Made by a program: the position numbers and the translations under genes
In this document: positions 36,486 through 41,725 of the stretch, in pieces
How positions within the stretch are numbered: the stretch's first letter is position 1
Layout: each line of letters starts with the position of its first letter
The notes under the pieces: generated by a model
Told to the model about the DNA's origin: nothing
Seen by the model: only the letters and a program-made list of their open reading frames with translations
Database searches by the model: none
DNA from: Octopus bimaculoides
Taxonomy: Eukaryota
DNA length: 41,725 bases
Direction: 5' to 3'
NCBI RefSeq assembly: GCF_001194135.2
Contig: NC_068998.1
Coordinates: 6,353,839 to 6,395,563, forward strand

Positions 36486-36849
36486 GGGGAGGGGGTTCCG
36501 TATCAGTTCTGGCTCCGTGAGTTCATTCTGAGTTCCATTTCCACTTCCCCTATTTGAGGAAAACAATTTTAAAAAATAGGCGACACTTCTATCAGACATT
36601 CGACGGACAGATTTTATGAGCTATTAGAAAAGTCCCAGATACAAAGTTTCCTTGTTTTATTCTAGAAAAATATCGGCAGTCCCGATCACGATGAAGAAAG
36701 TACTGCAATTAGAAACCGCTTTATTCAGGTACATTAATTCTCTGGGCTAATGGACGAAGTAAAACCAAAGCACTAGATTTGGAAATCTCCTACCATCATT
36801 AATAATCCAATACCGTTATCTTGTGGTGTAAATAAAAGGCCTTTTCTGA

Positions 36850-37107
36850 GCATTAATCTCGAGTGCTTAGGCTCGTAGATCCGGTTACCCGGTTTCCATA
36901 AGTGACTGATATCACAGCCACCCCACAGATCGCCAGTCCGTCGAGTCGAATGCTTATCCGTTTGCAGATGAAAGAATCGAAGCAAAACAACGCGAAATGA
37001 AATGTTTTGTTTGGGATCACAAACGCGTCGCCCGATCCGGGAGTTGAAACCACGATCTTACGATTTTGTGAGCGCAACACCCTACCCAGTAAGTCAGGTG
37101 CCTTCAC
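36850..37107 (-). mobile_element. SINE family C, diverged
   Basis: Minus head GTGAAGGCACCTGACTTACTGGGTAGGG...GTGGTTTCAACTCCCGG, similar to the 11995-12263 copy. Confidence 0.72.
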
Positions 37108-37709
37108 TATTTAATGGTGTAGGTGATATAAATTGGCTTCAAATGTGAAGATAATCAGTTTTGCAGACTTGATTTCTTGGAAAGGAAAAAACAATGACAG
37201 TTGCAGCGTGGAAGGTGTTTGTAAGCAATTTAAAAACACACAAAAAACCGTTAGTTTTACTTCAACATTTAAATTTAATTTGTTAAAATATTTTCGACGC
37301 TTTGAGACCGCGACCTGTTCACTGACAAAATTCCGTGCTGCATCTTAATTTAATGTAAAGACATTAAATAAATAACCATCCTCCTAATCCTTCTGCGTCT
37401 AGGATATTAAATACAATTCTTTTTAATGGCAATAACATTAAAGTAACAAATGTGTTTAATTTAGAGATCGAAAGAAATTAATCTGGTAATTTTGAATGTA
37501 TCAATATCAGAGTGACAACAGGCTGTTAATTATCACTTGTCTCTCGACGGCCGTTTGTCTGTGTTAAGAGTTATAATTTATTTCATGATTTGAATCTATT
37601 GACGTTGACAGAGGAAAAATGAACAAGTGAACAGTGGAATGTCAGAGCGATAGGAAAACATATTGTTTTGTCTCGAGTATACACATAATGAAAGGTGAAT
37701 GGCCTAGTG

Positions 37710-37792
37710 CAATGGTTCCCAACCTTTTCACAGTGGTTCCGAACCCTTTTATTTAAATGAGTTTTCTCTCGGACGCCTTTTAATATGCTTAT

Positions 37793-37839
<47 letters not shown>

Positions 37840-37918
37840 TTTGAATTTAGTTCACAGACCCCCAATACTACCTTTGCGGGCCACCAGGGGTCCGCTGACC
37901 CCAGTTTGGCTACCACTG
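37710..37918. mobile_element. hAT (Charlie-like) MITE with an internal (TA)n
   Basis: Left end CAATGGTTCCCAACC (37710-37724), right end GTTTGGCTACCACTG (37904-37918); flanks GCCTAGTG and ACCAAATG match 5/8. Confidence 0.62.
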
Positions 37919-37924
37919 ACCAAA

Positions 37925-38170
37925 TGGCTAGGGGTTAGATTCCCGGACTGGGCGGCGTGTTCTGTTCTAGAGTAAACACTTCGTTTCACGTTGCTCTACA
38001 ATCACTTCGACATTTAACGTGTGGCACACGTCGTTCTCTGATTCAACAAACTATCACAAAGACATGTTGTTCTTGTAGTTATTCCTATATCGTACGATGA
38101 CCGGCAGCGCTATACGGCGGCTCACCGTAAGAAAATTACGGAGGTAGAGCGCTAGTTAATAAATGCTGTT
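37925..38170 (+). mobile_element. SINE family C-like, diverged
   Basis: GGGGTTAGATTCCCGGACTGGGCGGCGTGTTCTGTTCTAGAGTAAACACTTCGTTTCACGTTGCTCT, a B-box followed by a CORE-like block. Confidence 0.6.
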
Positions 38171-38479
38171 GAAGGGAACTCATATGACATGCTAACAAGG
38201 TTAGTATCGACTAAATATGTTGTTGCTGTGTTTTAGCCCTCGGTCAGCTCAGCTCAAGTAGACCTATGATGAAAAACACTCCGCCTATGATCAATCTATC
38301 TTAACTGAAAGCATAGGTCATCCAGGACAATTTATTAACTCACTTTAATAATGTAAAAAGTCATAAGTTGAGTAAGATTTGGTTGTTATTTCTAGATGGA
38401 CATGAGACCACATACAGGCTCCCTGTGTTAGCTCTAGTTTGCCATCGGCCCACTACAACGTTTAATGACAACTAAATAC

Positions 38480-39410
38480 TGTCGAAGTGTTACTATACGA
38501 CATATTAGCAAGGTTTATATTAGCTATCATTTACCAGTGAGCAACTCAATTGAAACACATATTTTGATATCCTGCCAGTTGGCCGTTAGTCCATTGCCAT
38601 TTACCGAAGTTTTGTTCTTGAGAATTAACTTTGTTTCTGCTAATATCAACCAGCTTGTTCTATCGATTTCCTTGCTACTGAGAAATTTGTTGGCTTACAT
38701 TGATACATTGGCGCCGATAGAAAAACTTAATTTCTTTATTAACATCAGCCAACAATGAAATCTCTTCGCTGTATTTTCTTATCTTGCTATTTCCACAACA
38801 ATTATCAGACTATTGTTACAAATACTTTACGTTTTTAGTTTATGTTACGCGGTTTAATCTCAAGCTCAATCTTCGGTATTATTTCTTTTCTTCAGTCAAA
38901 TTTCAGAATGAATCCGATATGAAGCTTTATCCTTATTCAACAGATGGAGCTGCTGTGGCAATCGTTAACTACCGACCCGAATTTTTTGCTTTATTTTTCT
39001 ACTTTTATCTTGCCATTTCCTTCTGACAACTAAATTTACCACATTGGCAGCTTTCAAGATCTCTTTCAAGGTTGATTAATCTAAATTAGAATTTATATAA
39101 ATTCCAAACATTTTCTTCTGTTTTCTTTGCTATGAAATAAAGTGGTTTTCTCATGAACACACCGTATTGCCCTATATAGGTATCGAAACCACTATTTTAT
39201 GACTACGATTGCAACACTCCCAACCACTTCAAACAAGTGTTTACTTGCCAATTAGTTGGTTGATTATTTCGTAAGTATCTATTACGTAGCTCATTTATCA
39301 ACGTTGATAACTGTCCAAAGTCTAGTAATTTTAAAGTGCTTCTATCTCTCAACCGTAATGTCTGGGAGAGTGCAATCATGCTGCAGAACATTTCTTTAAC
39401 AACTCTATTC
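38480..39410 (-). mobile_element. Old, multiply disrupted R4/Dong-like ORF (region N-terminal to RT)
   Basis: Minus fragments LKEILKAANVVNLVVRRKWQDKSRKIKQKIR and KIRKYSEEISLLADVNKEIKFFYRR resemble R4 AA.VV...W.RR...KI..LR and KIRRY...N..F....FY. Many stops and frameshifts. Confidence 0.5.
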
Positions 39411-39432
39411 AATTATTGCTATACACCTCACT

Positions 39433-39647
39433 AAGGCGGTGAGCTGGCAGAATTGATACCGCACCGGACAAAATGCTTAGCAGCATTTCTTCCGAGCTTA
39501 CGTTCTGCGTTAAACTGCCGCCGAGATCGACTTTACCTCTCATCTTTTTCGGGGTTGACAAAGGAAATGGTTCCGGTTGAGTACTGGGGTCAATGTAACC
39601 AACTCACTCTCCTCCTCGAAATTGCTGGCCTTGTGCCAAAACTGGAA
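39433..39647 (+). mobile_element. SINE family A, full length
   Basis: AAGGCGGTGAGCTGGCAGAA head through GCTGGCCTTGTGCCAAAACTGGAA tail. Confidence 0.88.
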
Positions 39648-39668
39648 TCCATCATTCCTTACCATATT

Positions 39669-39747
39669 AAGGCAGTAAGCTGGCAGAACGGTGAGCACGC
39701 CGGCCAAAAAGCTTAGTGGTATTTCGTCCATCTCTGTGTCCTGAATT
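39669..39747 (+). mobile_element. SINE family A, head fragment
   Basis: AAGGCAGTAAGCTGGCAGAACGGTGAGCACGCCGG... Confidence 0.8.
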
Positions 39748-39751
39748 CGCT

Positions 39752-40010
39752 GTAGTTGAATAGTAGGAGGATATGGGATGCAGATGGCTCACAGACTTGT
39801 CCCTCTGCAGACCCTGTGACATACTGAACATCACAAGGGCCAGTAGGCAGAAGGCCGTTAAGTTGGATACGAAAGCATCAAATGTTGCTTCAATGGACCA
39901 GGAAGTTTGTGGCCTGGATGGGGAAATGTTACCCCGGGCTGTGTCAACTTGACATATGATGGGGATGGATAAACAGTGGTTGCGTCATCTAAACGAGAAT
40001 GACTGAATTT
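39752..40010 (+). mobile_element. Hero-type (R2-superfamily, RLE) non-LTR retrotransposon C-terminal remnant
   Basis: 39773-39952 reads MGCRWLTDLSLCRPCDILNITRASRQKAVKLDTKASNVAS..., aligning with the Hero-type EVGCRGFAGQSLCRAY.LLGITGAS.RRAIK..TEAAEVAS. 59 aa, so not in the ORF track. Confidence 0.72.
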
Positions 40011-40546
40011 TGAGAGAAAAATCCCCCACCCCAGCCCGCAGTGATTCCACGAAGCACGAATGACGGAGTGACCAAGTATATCCAGAGATTTTGCATGAAA
40101 AAATTACATAAATCTCGATTGAGGTCATAGCACGAAGAAGAGAAAAGAATATTGTAATTTTGATTACTTCAATTAGTGATAATTTGAGCTAACGTTTCCT
40201 CTTTTTTCTTTCCCTCCAAATATTGTTATCTTTATTATTGTGTCAGACGCCATTTTTTAAATATTATTTGATGATAATATTTAGACCCAGACTATTCCTG
40301 GTCCAGCATACATACGTCCAAAGATAATCCATTTGTCATCGATGTTTTCTTTTTCTTGATTTTGTTGTTGTTGTTGTTGTTGATGATGATGATGATGATG
40401 ATGCTATCGTACAATCCCGTCATGTTGTCCTATGTCATTTACGTCTGCTGAGCAACAGTTAGACATGAATATGGCAGCCATTTTAAAAGAAAGATTCATC
40501 CCATTTATTGTGTTCAAAACAATAACCAGCCACTTAATAATACAAG

Positions 40547-40568
40547 AAGCAGCAGCAGCAGCAGTAAC

Positions 40569-40639
<71 letters not shown>

Positions 40640-40650
40640 CAGCAGCAGCA
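40547..40650. repeat. (AGC)n-(AGT)n-(AGC)n microsatellite
   Basis: Direct tandem repeat; source of the poly-V and poly-T ORFs. Confidence 0.97.
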
Positions 40651-41140
40651 CTGGCATTGATGTCAGACATGAAAGCTAAAAAATAAGTGTTTTGAGGTTT
40701 TACTTTAAATCTCATGTTTAAATGTATGCTAGTTTCTATATAGCTACTTATACAAGTATACACGTGCGCATGTGTATATGATATATATATATATGTGTAT
40801 ATATATATACATATATATATNNNNNNNNNNNNNNNNNNNNNNNNNNNNNNNNNNNNNNNNNNNNNNNNNNNNNNNNNNNNNNNNNNNNNNNNNNNNNNNN
40901 NNNNNNNNNNNNNNNNNNNNNNNNNNNNNNNNNNNNNNNNNNNNNNNNNNNNNNNNNNNNNNNNNNNNNNNNNNNNNNNNNNNNNNNNNNNNNNNNNNNN
41001 NNNNNNNNNNNNNNNNNNNNNNNNNNNNNNNNNNNNNNNNNNNNNNNNNNNNNNNNNNNNNNNNNNNNNNNNNNNNNNNNNNNNNNNNNNNNNNNNNNNN
41101 NNNNNNNNNNNNNNNNNNNNNNNNNNNNNNNNNNNNNNNN

Positions 41141-41198
<58 letters not shown>

Positions 41199-41364
41199 AT
41201 GTGTGTGTGTAGAAGCGTGCGTATACATACGTATCGGCTTACGTTCCCAAGTACTGTTTGTAATCACGTAGGTACGTAAACGTTTAAATATTGAAGTGCG
41301 TTTATTTGTAAGTGCGTATGCACGCATGTATAAGCATATACATGTACCTATATATGCATATGTA

Positions 41365-41717
41365 TACTCTTTTACTTGTTTCAGTCATTTGATTGCGGCC
41401 ATGCCGGAGCAACTTCTTTAGTCGAACAAATCGACCCAAAGACATTTTCTTTGTAAGCCTAGAACTTATTCTATCCGCCAGCTTTGCCGAACTGCTAAGT
41501 TGGGGGAGGGGGCGATCAGTTGTCAAGCGATGTTAGTGAGACAAACACAGACACGAACAAATATATTTCAGTTTCCGTCTACCAAATCCACTCACAAGGC
41601 TTTGTTCGGCTCGAGGCTATAGTAGAAGACACTTGCCCAAGGTGCCACGCAGTGGGACTGAACCCGGAACCACGTGGTTGGGAAGCGAGCTTCTTACCAC
41701 ACAGCCACGCCTGCGCC
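41365..41717 (-). mobile_element. SINE family B (tRNA head, CORE-like), full length
   Basis: Minus head GGCGCAGGCGTGGCTGTGTGGTAAGAAGCTCGCTTCCCAACCACGTGGTTCCGGGTTCAGTCCCACTGCGTGGCACCTTGGGCAAGTGTCTT, ending GACTGAAACAAGTAAAAGAGTA. Confidence 0.92.
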
Positions 41718-41725
41718 TATATATA

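Noticed and set aside
37168-37221. Possible exon LISWKGKNNDSCSVEGV with TTTTGCAG and GTAAGC sites
   Set aside because: Phase-incompatible with the neighbouring candidate exon and otherwise unsupported.
3246-41140. Eleven N-gaps almost all bordered by microsatellites
   Set aside because: An assembly artefact of short-read contig breaks; structures spanning the gaps cannot be assessed.
1755-41327. Most ORFs in the supplied track (HTYI, MYVC, RERE, poly-M/K/S/V/T and X-filled)
   Set aside because: They are translations of microsatellites or run through N-gaps; simple repeats lack stop codons by construction.
331-41717. tRNA genes
   Set aside because: A/B-box-like heads run straight into SINE bodies, with no full cloverleaf or acceptor stem.

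Overview
AT-rich, gap-ridden eukaryotic DNA (11 N-gaps, about 2.9 kb) that is intronic or intergenic in character. The SINE families and very high microsatellite load point to an octopus genome, probably an Octopus draft assembly; this is recognised from memory, not from a search. No complete gene, tRNA/rRNA gene or CRISPR array is supportable, and nearly all ORF-track entries are microsatellite or N-gap artefacts. Supportable content: about 25 tRNA-derived SINE copies or fragments in three families, fragments of R4/Dong, Hero, RTE and Penelope-like retroelements, a Tc1 transposase N-terminus, two hAT-type MITEs, a cryptic 13-bp minisatellite and many simple repeats. One ORF (9979-10275, +) has coding-like base periodicity but no recognisable product. 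The most interesting items are a near-perfect 83-bp-arm palindrome (25532-25740), hammerhead-like CTGANGA/GAAAC motifs (25143-25700, 35963-36030) near a Penelope GIY-YIG remnant, and several unverified candidate exons. I found no convincing novel biological system.
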